NCBI GenBank assembly: GCA_041484665.1
Contig: JBGPIA010000002.1
Coordinates: 128,001-192,000 of the forward strand
DNA: 64,000 nt
From: Candidatus Krumholzibacteriia bacterium
GTDB lineage: Bacteria > Krumholzibacteriota > Krumholzibacteriia > JAJRXK01
Direction: 5' to 3'
Shown: piece by piece, positions 33,406 through 45,243 of the stretch
How positions within the stretch are numbered: position 1 is the stretch's first letter
How the letters are laid out: every line of letters begins with the position of its first letter
Notes under the pieces: generated by a model
Told to the model about the DNA's origin: nothing
The model's database searches: none
The model's input: only the letters and a program-made list of their open reading frames with translations
Program-made: the position numbers and the translations under genes

Positions 33406-34598
33406 GCGATCCGGTGTCCATGGGCCTGCTCGTCACCATCGCGCTCATCCTGATCGTGGTGGTGGCTCTGCTGTTCTCCGGCTCCAGCAGCAAGCAGAAA
33501 CCCAAGCGCGGCGCCAGCGAGGCCATGCACCTGCTGCTGTCGGGCGAGCGGGAGGCGGCCAAGCGCCTGCTCACCGACGCGGTGCGCCGCGGCGAGGCGC
33601 CGCCCGAGGCCTACCTGCGTCTGGGGGACCTGTTGCGCGCCGACGGCGACGCATCCCGGGCCCTGTCGTTGCACCAGGGGCTGCTCGCGCGGCCCACGCT
33701 CGACCCCGAGCTGCGCCGGCTCTGCGAGCTGTCGCTGGCCGACGACCTGCTGGCGCTGGGGCGCGTTCCGGAGGCGCAGCAGCGCCTGGCGCACCTGGAG
33801 CGCACGATGCGCGACGACGGGCTGCTGGCCCGACTCGCCACGGCGCTGCACCGCCTGGGCCGCGCCGACGAGGCGGCCGAGGTGCTGGAGCGGCGCGTGC
33901 GCCTGGGCAGCGAGACGGCTCGCACTGACGCCGCGCGCTACCTGGCCGAGATGGCGCGCGAAGCGCTGCGCGACGGCAAGCTCGAGACCGCCCACGACCG
34001 TGCGCGGCGCGCGCTCGCGCTCGATCCCAAAGTCGTGACCTCCTACCTGGTCGAGGGGGACCGGCTGCTGCAGATAAGCCGGGTCGAGGAGGCGGTCAAG
34101 ATCTGGCGGCAGGGGCTGCACGCCTGCGAGAACGCTGGCCGCTGGCTGCTCCCGCGCCTGGCGGAGGCCGCCTACCGCACGGGGAGGATGGACGCGCTGA
34201 TCGAGGAGCTGGAGGAGGAGCGCGCCTCCCGGCCAAAGGACGTCCATCTGTGGCGCGCGGTGGCAGACCTGCGGCTGCGCAGAGGTGACCTGGAGTCGTT
34301 CTTCGCGCTGGTGGAGAATCCACCCCATGCGGACGCCGCCGACCTGAGCTTCTGGGCGGGCTGGCTGCGGCACCTCAGCGCTCTGGAGAATCCGCGCCAC
34401 CTCAAGCGCTTGCTGCGCTCGCTCCCCGACAGCTCGGCACCCGGACGGTTCCGCTGCGCCACGTGCGGCGCCCTGGACGCGGAGCCGCGCGTGGCGTGCG
34501 TCAAGTGCGGAGCGTGGACCCCCCTGCAGGAGGCCGACGAACGGGCTTCGGCCGGTGCCCTGGCGCCGCCCGCGCGCGAGCCCGCCGAGGCCACGTGA
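33402..34598 (+). CDS. lapB: LapB-like TPR/rubredoxin protein
   Basis: N-terminal TM, LGDLLRADG...ALSLHQGL TPRs and C-terminal CATCG...CVKCGAW. Confidence 0.8.
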   Translation: MSDPVSMGLLVTIALILIVVVALLFSGSSSKQKPKRGASEAMHLLLSGEREAAKRLLTDAVRRGEAPPEAYLRLGDLLRADGDASRALSLHQGLLARPTLDPELRRLCELSLADDLLALGRVPEAQQRLAHLERTMRDDGLLARLATALHRLGRADEAAEVLERRVRLGSETARTDAARYLAEMAREALRDGKLETAHDRARRALALDPKVVTSYLVEGDRLLQISRVEEAVKIWRQGLHACENAGRWLLPRLAEAAYRTGRMDALIEELEEERASRPKDVHLWRAVADLRLRRGDLESFFALVENPPHADAADLSFWAGWLRHLSALENPRHLKRLLRSLPDSSAPGRFRCATCGALDAEPRVACVKCGAWTPLQEADERASAGALAPPAREPAEAT

Positions 34599-35631
34599 GC
34601 GCGCGCCCGTCGGCCCGCCTGGCGTTGGGCGCGGTCGCCGGTGGACTCCTGCTGGTGGGCATCGCCCTGGGCGATGACCTGCGCGCGCGGGTCGAGGGCC
34701 TGGTGCGCCGCACCCAGTACGACCTCGCGCTCGGCTTGCTGGAGGACCGCGCAGCCCACGAGGCGTTGCCGCGCGACCTCGTCTGGATGCGGGCGCGGTT
34801 GCTCCCCGACCCCGACGCCTTCTTCGACAGCGCGCGTCGCGTGCGTGAGGACAAGGACCCCGCCGACACGCTCGCCCATTCCGTGGCCGTCGCCGTGGCG
34901 CGCGAGCACTTCGCCCGCGGCGAGTATCTGGCGGCCCTGCAGGACCTCGACGACCTCCCGCCCACGGAGCTGGCCGCGCGCCCCGCGGCGTTGGTGGTCA
35001 AGGGCATGGCAGCCGGTGCGCTGGGGCGCATGATGGTCGCTCGCGAGACGCTGGCGCAGATCCAGCGCGAGGACTCTGCCTTCGCCACTGCGCAGGTGCT
35101 GCTGGCCGGCCTGAGCCTGCGCACCGGTGAGAACGGGCAGGCGCTGGACTACGCGGACGCGGCGCTCGCGAGCGACGCGCACCGGGTGGGTGCGCAGGCG
35201 CTGTACGCCCGCTCGACCGCGCTCGACGCCCTGGGCCGAGCGAGCGACGCCACTGCAACCCAGCAACGTCTGGTGCGCGAGTTCCCGGGGAGCAGCGAGG
35301 CGGCGTGGGTGCAGGAGTCCCAGACCGCGCCCGGCCCGCCCGCCGCGGCCGTCCGCCCGGGCGTGCCCGAGGTCGAGACGCCGCCCAGCCGCGTCGATTT
35401 CGCTCTGCAGCTGGGCGCCTTCCACGACCGCGCGCTGGCGCTGCGGCTGGCCTCGCGGCTGGCGGGACAGCTCCTCGAGCTGCGCATCGAGCACGATGGC
35501 AGCGCGGCACCGCCCTGGTATCGCGTGGTGGGCGGCCGCTTCGCCACGCGACGGCTGGCGGAGGAGACGCTCGGCCGCCTGAAGGCGGCCGGGGTGAGCG
35601 GCATCGTGCTGGCGCCCGGGCAGGATGCGCC

Positions 35632-35635
<4 letters not shown>
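34595..35635 (+). CDS. TPR + SPOR domain periplasmic protein
   Basis: Signal-like N-terminus and helical repeats. FALQLGAF...WYRVVGGRF SPOR signature. Confidence 0.8.
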
Positions 35636-38304
<2,669 letters not shown>

Positions 38305-38312
38305 CCGTCTCG

Positions 38313-38350
38313 TCCTACTTGGCGGAAATCTTCTCCTATCTCGGCGGAAA
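38313..38350 (+). repeat. Imperfect direct repeat, candidate enhancer (UAS)
   Basis: TCCTACTTGGCGGAAA and TCCTATCTCGGCGGAAA, with GGCGGAAA cores 22 nt apart. Confidence 0.6.
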
Positions 38351-38444
38351 GTACGTCCTCCAGAGCCGGCCGCTCCACCGGTCCGGACCCGGGCCGCCGC
38401 GGATCGCGCTGCCTCCACCGCGGTCCGGCCGCGCAGGTGGAAGC

Positions 38445-38460
38445 TGGCGTGGGGGTTGCT
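38445..38460 (+). promoter_or_regulatory. Candidate sigma54 promoter
   Basis: TGGCGTGGGGGTTGCT gives GG-N10-GC, about 70 nt before ATG 38529. Confidence 0.6.
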
Positions 38461-38528
38461 GCGCCCGCAGGGGGCCACTGCGGTGGCCCAGGGCCAAGGT
38501 CCACGCCCGGCGGCACGACAGAAGATCC

Positions 38529-40808
38529 ATGAGCCAACCCTCCCAGGGACTCACATTGGTGGCGTTGGTCGGAGCGGGCGAACCCGAAGTCCCCGTGCTG
38601 GCCGAGCTGCACCGCAACCCGCGCGTGCACATCATCGGGATCTACGATCCCGATCCCGCGGCGATCGGCCACGAGCTCGCGGAGATCCTCGGCCTGCGCC
38701 ACGCCTCCTCGGTCGAGTTCCTCGACCATCTTGCGTCGGCGCAGTACGTCGTGCTTCCGCGCGACCGCCACCGCTTCGAGGGAGCGGTGGCTCTGCTGAA
38801 GGATCGTGGCGCGCGGTTCCTGAACCAGCAGGAAGCGCTGACGCTGCTCGCGGCCGAGCCGGTCGTGACCCGGCCGCTCCCGCCCCAGGCACCGCCCCAG
38901 GCCGAGGAGCCGCTGGCGCGCCTGGAGGAGGCCATGCGCTGGCTCGAGCGGGCGCTGGATCGCGAGGAGCTGCTGCGGGCACTGTTGTCCATTGGCATCC
39001 AGGCCGCGCGCGCCGACAACGGATCGATCCAGCTGCTGGACCCGGCGACCTCCGAGCTCTACATCGCCTACGCCGAGGGGCTCAGCGACCACACGATCCG
39101 GAGCAGCCAGCAGAAGCTCGGCGAGGGGATCGCCGGCTCGGTGGCGGCGTCGCGCACCGCGCGCCTGATCCAGGGCGAGTCGGCGCAGCTGGGGCACCAG
39201 GACCGGCCCGACATCCGCAGCGCGATCTGCGTGCCGCTGGTGGACTCTGAGCGGCTGCTGGGCGTCCTCAATGTGTCGTGCGACGCGGGATCGCGCCGGC
39301 TGGAGCGCGCCGACCTCGACCGCCTGCTCGTGCTCGCGGCGCGCATCAGCCACGTGCTGGCCCGCCTCGTCGAGATCCAGGAGCTGTACGAGCGCGCGCT
39401 GGTCGACGATCTCGAGCGTGAGCTGGACCGCCTCTACCAGCTCGACGGCGATCTGGTGCAGAGCCTGGGCCTAGCACGCGGGCTGCTGCAGGACGTCAGC
39501 GGCGCGCGCAGCCTGACCCTCGTGCTGCTCACCCCCGACGGGCCCGCCTGCCGCATCGTGGCGCAGGCCCAAGGCGCCACCCGGGCGCACCGCGACGTGG
39601 ACCCCGCAGTGGGCATCCTGGGGCAAGCGCTGCTCACCCATGAGATCGTCGTGCTCGAGGAGAAGGTGCGGCCGGCGGGGGAGCGGCGCAGCCGCCGTAC
39701 GTCGGTGCTCTACGTTCCGCTGGGGTCTCCCGAGCCGTTCGCCGCATTGATCGCAGAGTTCGAGGGGCTCTCCGCGCTGGCGCACTTCCAGCGCGGGCTG
39801 GGTCACGTGCTGGCCGTGCTCACGCCGCGCGTGGGCGCGCTGCTCGCCCGCGAGGAGTCGCGCGGCCGCATCGCGCGCCTGCGCCAGCTCGCCACCGGGC
39901 TGAGCCGCCTCTCGGTGGCGGCGCCGGGTGAGCGGGCGCAGCTGGCAGCGGGGCTGCTGGCCGAGGTCTCGGGTGCGCAGGCCGTCGCGGTGTGGGACGC
40001 CCGCGGCGAGCGGCCCGCCGCCACCGTGTTGGCGGGGACGCTGGAGGGACGCGAGCTGGCGCCGCTGTGGACGACCTTGCGCGCGCGCTTGCGCGACGAT
40101 TCCGTATGCCGCATCCGCGAGGTCGATCCCCACGGCAGCGAGCTGACGTCGCTGCTGTTGGCCGGGGCCCAGGACGGGGCGGCGGTTGCCGCGATCAACC
40201 GCGCTGCGGCCGGTCCGCTGGATGAGATCGGCTTCCGCGACGAGGACCTCGATGCGGCGGGGCTGCTCCTGCAGGCGCTGGCCGGCGGGCGCTGGCCCGT
40301 CGCGCCGTCTGCGAGGGCACAGCGAATGGGGGCCACGTCTGCGTTTGGGCTCGTGCCGCCGCCTGCTCCGGCGCCGGCGCCAGCGGCGGCAGGGGAGTGG
40401 CCGACGAACCGTCAGCTCCTGCTGGAGTCCATCGAGCGCGAGCTCGCCCGCGCGCAGCGTTACCACTTCGGGTTCTCGCTCACCTGCTTCCAGGTCGACC
40501 TCCCGCACGCGCGGTGGGAAGCGCTCCGCAAAGCGGTGGAGGAGCGCGTGCAGGAGATCCGCCGCGCCACCGATTGCGTGCTCTGGATCGCAGCGCAGCG
40601 CTTCGTGGTGCTGGCGCCCGAGGAGGCGCGCGGGCAGCGCCTGCTCGCGCGGCGGCTGCAGAGTCAGCTGCAGCAGCTGCTCACCGACCTCGCGCCCGGC
40701 GCACCGGCAGAGGTGACCCTCGCGCACGCAGCCTACCCGCAGGACGGCGAGACTCCCGCAGAGCTGCTGGATGCGTGCGAGCGTCAGCTCCCGGCACCGC
40801 CGCCGTGA
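38529..40808 (+). CDS. Signal protein: Rossmann-like N-domain, GAF domain(s), degenerate GGDEF-like domain
   Basis: VALVGAG...IIGIYDPDP.A.G..LA N-domain. GSIQLLD...GEGIAG...SAICVPL...LLGVLNV GAF. IERELARAQRY...AAQRF...AAYPQDG...LL GGDEF-like fold. Confidence 0.75.
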   Translation: MSQPSQGLTLVALVGAGEPEVPVLAELHRNPRVHIIGIYDPDPAAIGHELAEILGLRHASSVEFLDHLASAQYVVLPRDRHRFEGAVALLKDRGARFLNQQEALTLLAAEPVVTRPLPPQAPPQAEEPLARLEEAMRWLERALDREELLRALLSIGIQAARADNGSIQLLDPATSELYIAYAEGLSDHTIRSSQQKLGEGIAGSVAASRTARLIQGESAQLGHQDRPDIRSAICVPLVDSERLLGVLNVSCDAGSRRLERADLDRLLVLAARISHVLARLVEIQELYERALVDDLERELDRLYQLDGDLVQSLGLARGLLQDVSGARSLTLVLLTPDGPACRIVAQAQGATRAHRDVDPAVGILGQALLTHEIVVLEEKVRPAGERRSRRTSVLYVPLGSPEPFAALIAEFEGLSALAHFQRGLGHVLAVLTPRVGALLAREESRGRIARLRQLATGLSRLSVAAPGERAQLAAGLLAEVSGAQAVAVWDARGERPAATVLAGTLEGRELAPLWTTLRARLRDDSVCRIREVDPHGSELTSLLLAGAQDGAAVAAINRAAAGPLDEIGFRDEDLDAAGLLLQALAGGRWPVAPSARAQRMGATSAFGLVPPPAPAPAPAAAGEWPTNRQLLLESIERELARAQRYHFGFSLTCFQVDLPHARWEALRKAVEERVQEIRRATDCVLWIAAQRFVVLAPEEARGQRLLARRLQSQLQQLLTDLAPGAPAEVTLAHAAYPQDGETPAELLDACERQLPAPPP

Positions 40809-40818
40809 CGGCGACCGA

Positions 40819-40847
40819 TTGACATGGCGCGCTCCTGCCGCTAGTCT
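40819..40847 (+). promoter_or_regulatory. sigma70-type promoter of mutL-miaA
   Basis: TTGACA-N17-TAGTCT. Confidence 0.65.
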
Positions 40848-40933
40848 GGCGCCCGGAAGCGGCGGCCGGCGTCCGTCGCAACCACAAGCGCCGCAAGACT
40901 TTCCCTTCCGTACTTCCGGGGAGACTGAAGCCA

Positions 40934-42811
40934 ATGGCGAACGCCCTGGCGCAGCGCCGCCCTATCCGGCTCCTCGACCCGACCTGCGTGGAGCGGATCG
41001 CCGCGGGCGAGGTCGTCGAGCGCCCCGCGTCGGTGGTCAAGGAGCTGGTGGAGAACAGCCTCGACGCCGGCGCCACATCGATCGTCGTGCGTCTGCGGCG
41101 CGCGGGCCTGGAGGAGCTGGTGGTCGAGGACGACGGCGCCGGCATCCCCACCCGCGAGCTGCCCCTGGCCGTCGAGCGGCATGCCACGAGCAAGATCGCG
41201 GGCAGTGGTGATCTGGGGTCGATCGTGACCTTCGGGTTCAGAGGCGAGGCGCTGGCATCCGTCGCAGCGGTCTCGCGTCTGAGCCTGCGCTCGCGCGTGG
41301 CCGAGGAGGAGATCGGCGGGCGCATCGACCTCGTCGGCGGCCGCCTCGAGCAGCGTGAGCCGCTGGCGCGTCTGCCCGGGACCACCGTGCGCGTGGCTGA
41401 TCTCTTCTTCAACATGCCGGCGCGCCGTGCCTTTCTCAAGAGCGAGAGCTCTGAGCGGCGTATCGTGCTGCAGACGCTTACGGCGCTGGCCCTGGCGCAT
41501 CCAGAGGTCGCCCTGCGCGTGGAGGCCGACGGCGCCGTGGCGCTCGACCTGCCCGTCGCCCTCGATCTCGAGACGCGCGTGCACGGCCTGTTCGGCGCCG
41601 CAGTGTGCGAGCGGCTGCGCCGCTTCGAGGGGGAGGCGCAGCGCATCCGCGTCGCTGGCCTGACCAGCCTGCCCACCCACACGCGCGGCAATCGCACGGG
41701 GCAGTTCCTGTTCGTCAACCGCCGGCCGGTGTTCGAGAAGACGGTCGCCCACGCCATCGCCGCCGCCTATCGCGAGGTGCTGCCCGCCGGGCGGTTCCCG
41801 ACGACGGTGGTGTTCCTGGAGGTGCCGCCCTCGCGCGTGGATGTCAACGTGCACCCGGCCAAGGCCGAGGTGCGATTCCGCGACGAATCGGCCATCCACG
41901 AGCTCGTGCGCCACGCGATCCTCGACGCGCTGTCGCTGCGCCACGAGACGGCCCTGCCGACCGCACAGGCGGACGTGCAGCTGCAGGAGGTCGACCCGGG
42001 GCTCGACGGCGGGGCGCGCGCAGGGTCGCTCGCGCTGCACGCTCGTGGCGCGCCGGAAGCGCTGGCGGCCCGCCTGGGCGAAGACTCGACCGAGGGCTAC
42101 CCACGGGGGCCGCAGTGGAGCCGGCGCAAGGAGCGACCCACGCTCTTCACGCCGCAGCAATTGGCCGAGGGCCCTGGGCGCTTCACGCCGTCCGGCGCGG
42201 CGCCCGACCCGGGCGCGCTGATCACCGCTGAGTCGGCACGCGGCGCGGACCTTCTGTTCTGGCAGTTGCACAACACGTTCATCCTCACCCAGATCCGCGG
42301 GGCGTTGGTGATCGTGGACCAGCACAACAGCCACGAGCGGATCCTCTACGACCAGGGAGTCTCGTCGTTGGAGGGTCGGCTCCCACCGACGCAGCAGCTG
42401 CTGTTTCCCGCGACGCTGGAGTTGACGCCGGCCGAGCTGGAGACCTACGAGCTGCACCGCGGCCAACTCGAGGCGGTGGGTTTCTTCACCGAGCCCTTCG
42501 GCGGTAGCACGGTGCTGGTACGCGGGATTCCCGCCGAGCTGCGCAACTGGAACGACGGGGCGCTGCTGCGCGACCTGCTCGCCGAACTGGCCGACGCCGG
42601 CCGCACCGGACATAGCCCGCGCGAGGCGATCCTTGCCAGCTACAGCTGCCACGGCGCGATCCGCGCCGGGGAGCGGCTGACGCTGCCGGAGATGCAGGCG
42701 CTGATGGACCGCCTCTTCGCGACGCGCCTGCCCTACTCCTGTCCCCACGGCCGGCCGACGCTCATCCGGATCGGGCTCCCCGAGCTGGAGCGCCGTTTCG
42801 GGCGGCGCTGA
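40934..42811 (+). CDS. mutL: DNA mismatch repair endonuclease MutL
   Basis: IAAGEVVERP, GFRGEAL, DVNVHP.K, DQH..HER, QLLFP and CPHGRP. Confidence 0.98.
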   Translation: MANALAQRRPIRLLDPTCVERIAAGEVVERPASVVKELVENSLDAGATSIVVRLRRAGLEELVVEDDGAGIPTRELPLAVERHATSKIAGSGDLGSIVTFGFRGEALASVAAVSRLSLRSRVAEEEIGGRIDLVGGRLEQREPLARLPGTTVRVADLFFNMPARRAFLKSESSERRIVLQTLTALALAHPEVALRVEADGAVALDLPVALDLETRVHGLFGAAVCERLRRFEGEAQRIRVAGLTSLPTHTRGNRTGQFLFVNRRPVFEKTVAHAIAAAYREVLPAGRFPTTVVFLEVPPSRVDVNVHPAKAEVRFRDESAIHELVRHAILDALSLRHETALPTAQADVQLQEVDPGLDGGARAGSLALHARGAPEALAARLGEDSTEGYPRGPQWSRRKERPTLFTPQQLAEGPGRFTPSGAAPDPGALITAESARGADLLFWQLHNTFILTQIRGALVIVDQHNSHERILYDQGVSSLEGRLPPTQQLLFPATLELTPAELETYELHRGQLEAVGFFTEPFGGSTVLVRGIPAELRNWNDGALLRDLLAELADAGRTGHSPREAILASYSCHGAIRAGERLTLPEMQALMDRLFATRLPYSCPHGRPTLIRIGLPELERRFGRR

Positions 42812-42824
42812 CGCCGCGCGCGCC

Positions 42825-43799
42825 GTGGCCGCGCCGCAGGACGGAGTGCCCCCGCGCCCGCGGCGCCGCTTGGTGGCGTTGGTGGGCCCCACCGCTGCGG
42901 GGAAGACCGAGCTCGCGCTGCGCACCGCGCAGCGCGTTGGCGTGCGCGTCGAGGTCGTGTCGCTGGACTCGCGACAGCTCTACATCGGCCTGGACGTCGG
43001 GACGGGCAAGCCTACGGCGCCGGAGCGCGCGCGCCTGCCGCATCACCTGCTCGATCGCATCGCGCCTGCCGAGACGTTCACGGCGGGCCGCTACCGCCGC
43101 GAGCTGGAAGAGCTCTTGCCGGCGCTGTGGGGCAGGGGAGTGGTGCCGCTGCTGGTGGGGGGAGCCGGCTTCTACCTGCGCGCCGCTGCCGAGGGGTTCA
43201 TCGCCGTACCGGACGATCCGGTCCGGCTGCGCGAGGTCCGCCACGGCCTGGTCGCGCTTGCGACGGACGAGCTGCGCGCGCGTCTGTCCAGCGCGGATCC
43301 GGCGAGCGCTGCGCGCATCCACCCCAACGATCGCTACCGCCTGCAGCGAGCGCTGGAGATCTTGGAGCTCACAGGGCAACCGGCCTCGCGCTGGAACGCG
43401 CAGTTCAGGCCGCACCCCGTGCACGGCGCGCAGCTGTGCGTCGTGCACCTGAGCCCGCCGCGAGCAGTGCTCCACGAGCGCATCGCCGAGCGCGCTGCGC
43501 GTTGGTTGACAGGGGGCTGGTACGAGGAGGTCCAGGCCCGGCTCGGCGAGGGCTTCGCACCCGACTGCCCCGGACTGCGCATGCTGGGCTACCGCGAGGT
43601 CGTGGAGTGGGTGCTGGGCCGACGCGACCGCGAGCAGACACTGGCGCGCGTGATCGTCAGTACGCGGCGCTACGCGCGGCAGCAGGAGACCTGGTTCCGC
43701 AAGCAGCCCGCGGTGGCACGCGGCGACGCAGTGCAGGCCGATCTGGAGACCGTGCTCGTGCGCGAGCTGCACGAGGCGGGGCAGGGGGGCACGCCTTGA
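42825..43799 (+). CDS. miaA: tRNA dimethylallyltransferase
   Basis: GPTAAGKT, DSRQLY, IHPND and RRYARQQETWF. mutL-miaA synteny. Confidence 0.96.
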   Translation: MAAPQDGVPPRPRRRLVALVGPTAAGKTELALRTAQRVGVRVEVVSLDSRQLYIGLDVGTGKPTAPERARLPHHLLDRIAPAETFTAGRYRRELEELLPALWGRGVVPLLVGGAGFYLRAAAEGFIAVPDDPVRLREVRHGLVALATDELRARLSSADPASAARIHPNDRYRLQRALEILELTGQPASRWNAQFRPHPVHGAQLCVVHLSPPRAVLHERIAERAARWLTGGWYEEVQARLGEGFAPDCPGLRMLGYREVVEWVLGRRDREQTLARVIVSTRRYARQQETWFRKQPAVARGDAVQADLETVLVRELHEAGQGGTP

Positions 43800-43824
43800 C
43801 ACCGCCGCGGGCGGTTGCTAGGTT
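43796..43824 (+). promoter_or_regulatory. sigma70-type promoter of tRNA-Gly
   Basis: TTGACA-N17-TAGGTT with extended TG. Confidence 0.7.
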
Positions 43825-43852
43825 CGCGGACTCGCCCCAAGGGCATTGCGGA

Positions 43853-43928
43853 GCGGGCGTAGCTCAGTTGGTAGAGCATCAGCTTCCCATGCTGAGGGTC
43901 GCGGGTTCGAGCCCCGTCGCCCGCTCCA
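43853..43928 (+). tRNA. tRNA-Gly(CCC)
   Basis: Cloverleaf GCGGGCG/CGCCCGC, anticodon arm TCAGC-TTCCCAT-GCTGA, GGTTCGAG T-arm and encoded CCA. Confidence 0.96.
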
Positions 43929-43989
43929 TCCCCGCGTCCCACGCGCCAACCCCGCCCGCACCGCCGCTGGGCTCATCCGAAGGGCCGTG

Positions 43990-45243
43990 ATGGCTGCGCA
44001 GGAACCCGCCGGTCCGCTCAAGCTGCCCGAGCCGCCCGCGCCGTCCTGGGTCGCGCCGCTCGCGCTGCTGTTGTTGGTCTGCGCCCTCGGCGTATCGGTT
44101 GGCTGCCAGGGGCTGGCCGGCCGCTCGCCGTTCGTGTGGTACGGGCTAGCCACCTACGTTGCGCTGCGCCACGGCGGCCCGCGCTGGGTGCCCACCCTGT
44201 TCGTGCCGGCTACGGTGATCTTCGTGCTGTGGTTCGCCCAGGCGGCGGCCGGCCTCTCGGTCCCATTGTTCACCGGACTGCTGCTGGCGTACCTGCTCGA
44301 CCCGATCGTGCGGCGGGCGGCGCGGCGGCTGGGGCGCGTGCGCGCAATCCTGCTGATCGCGGCGCCGCTGGCGCTGCTGGTGGTAGGCGGGCTGGCCCTG
44401 GTGTTGCCGCCGCTCGCGCGCGAGTCGGCGCTGCTGGCGCAGCGCCTGCCGGAGCTGCTGGACACGCTGCAGCGCCTGTACACGTGGTTGCTGGAGCGCG
44501 CCGCGGGACTGGGCATCCGCCTCGACCGCGACACGCTGGCCCAGATGGCCGCCAACCGCCTGCAGCAGATCGCGGCAGCGCTGGGCGGCGCGGGCATGAC
44601 GTTGCTGCGCGGAGTGCAGGGCGTACTCAGTTTCGTGAGCTTCTTGGTGGTGACGCCCGTGGTGGCGTTCTACCTGCTGCGTGACGGTGAGCGCCTGCGC
44701 GACGGGCTACTCGGTGTCATGCCCGTTGGACACCGCACGGGCGCGCAACGGCTGCTGGCCAAGGTGGACCGCACGGTGAGCGCCTACCTGCGCGGACAGC
44801 TGCTGGTGGGCGCCATCGATGGGCTCTTGTTCTTCGTCGGGCTCAGCGTGCTGCGCTGCGACTACGCGTTGCTGGTGGGGCTGGCGTGCATCGCTTTCAA
44901 CTTCATCCCCTATGTGGGCGGCGTGCTGACGGCGCTGCTGGCGTTGTCGGCGGCCCTGCTGACGGACGCCTCGTGGCTGTCGGTGGTCAAGGTCGGCGCA
45001 CTCTACGGCGCGGTCCAGCTGCTGGACTCCGCACTGGTCTCGCCACGCGTGATCGGGCACTCGCTCGACCTGCACCCGGTGGTGGTCATGGTCGCCATGC
45101 TGGTGGCGGGGCAGTTCTTCGGCCTGGCCGGGGTGATCCTGGCGGTGCCCGCGGCGGCACTGCTGAAGGAGGCCATCGTGCTGTGGACCCCCGAGGTGCT
45201 CCATCTGCTCCCCGCAGTCGAGCGCACGGAGGGGGAGCCGTGA
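43990..45243 (+). CDS. AI-2E (PerM/UPF0118) family transporter
   Basis: LAYLLDP, YLRGQ, FIPYVG and P.VIG.SL.LHP, with multiple TM helices. Confidence 0.9.
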   Translation: MAAQEPAGPLKLPEPPAPSWVAPLALLLLVCALGVSVGCQGLAGRSPFVWYGLATYVALRHGGPRWVPTLFVPATVIFVLWFAQAAAGLSVPLFTGLLLAYLLDPIVRRAARRLGRVRAILLIAAPLALLVVGGLALVLPPLARESALLAQRLPELLDTLQRLYTWLLERAAGLGIRLDRDTLAQMAANRLQQIAAALGGAGMTLLRGVQGVLSFVSFLVVTPVVAFYLLRDGERLRDGLLGVMPVGHRTGAQRLLAKVDRTVSAYLRGQLLVGAIDGLLFFVGLSVLRCDYALLVGLACIAFNFIPYVGGVLTALLALSAALLTDASWLSVVKVGALYGAVQLLDSALVSPRVIGHSLDLHPVVVMVAMLVAGQFFGLAGVILAVPAAALLKEAIVLWTPEVLHLLPAVERTEGEP

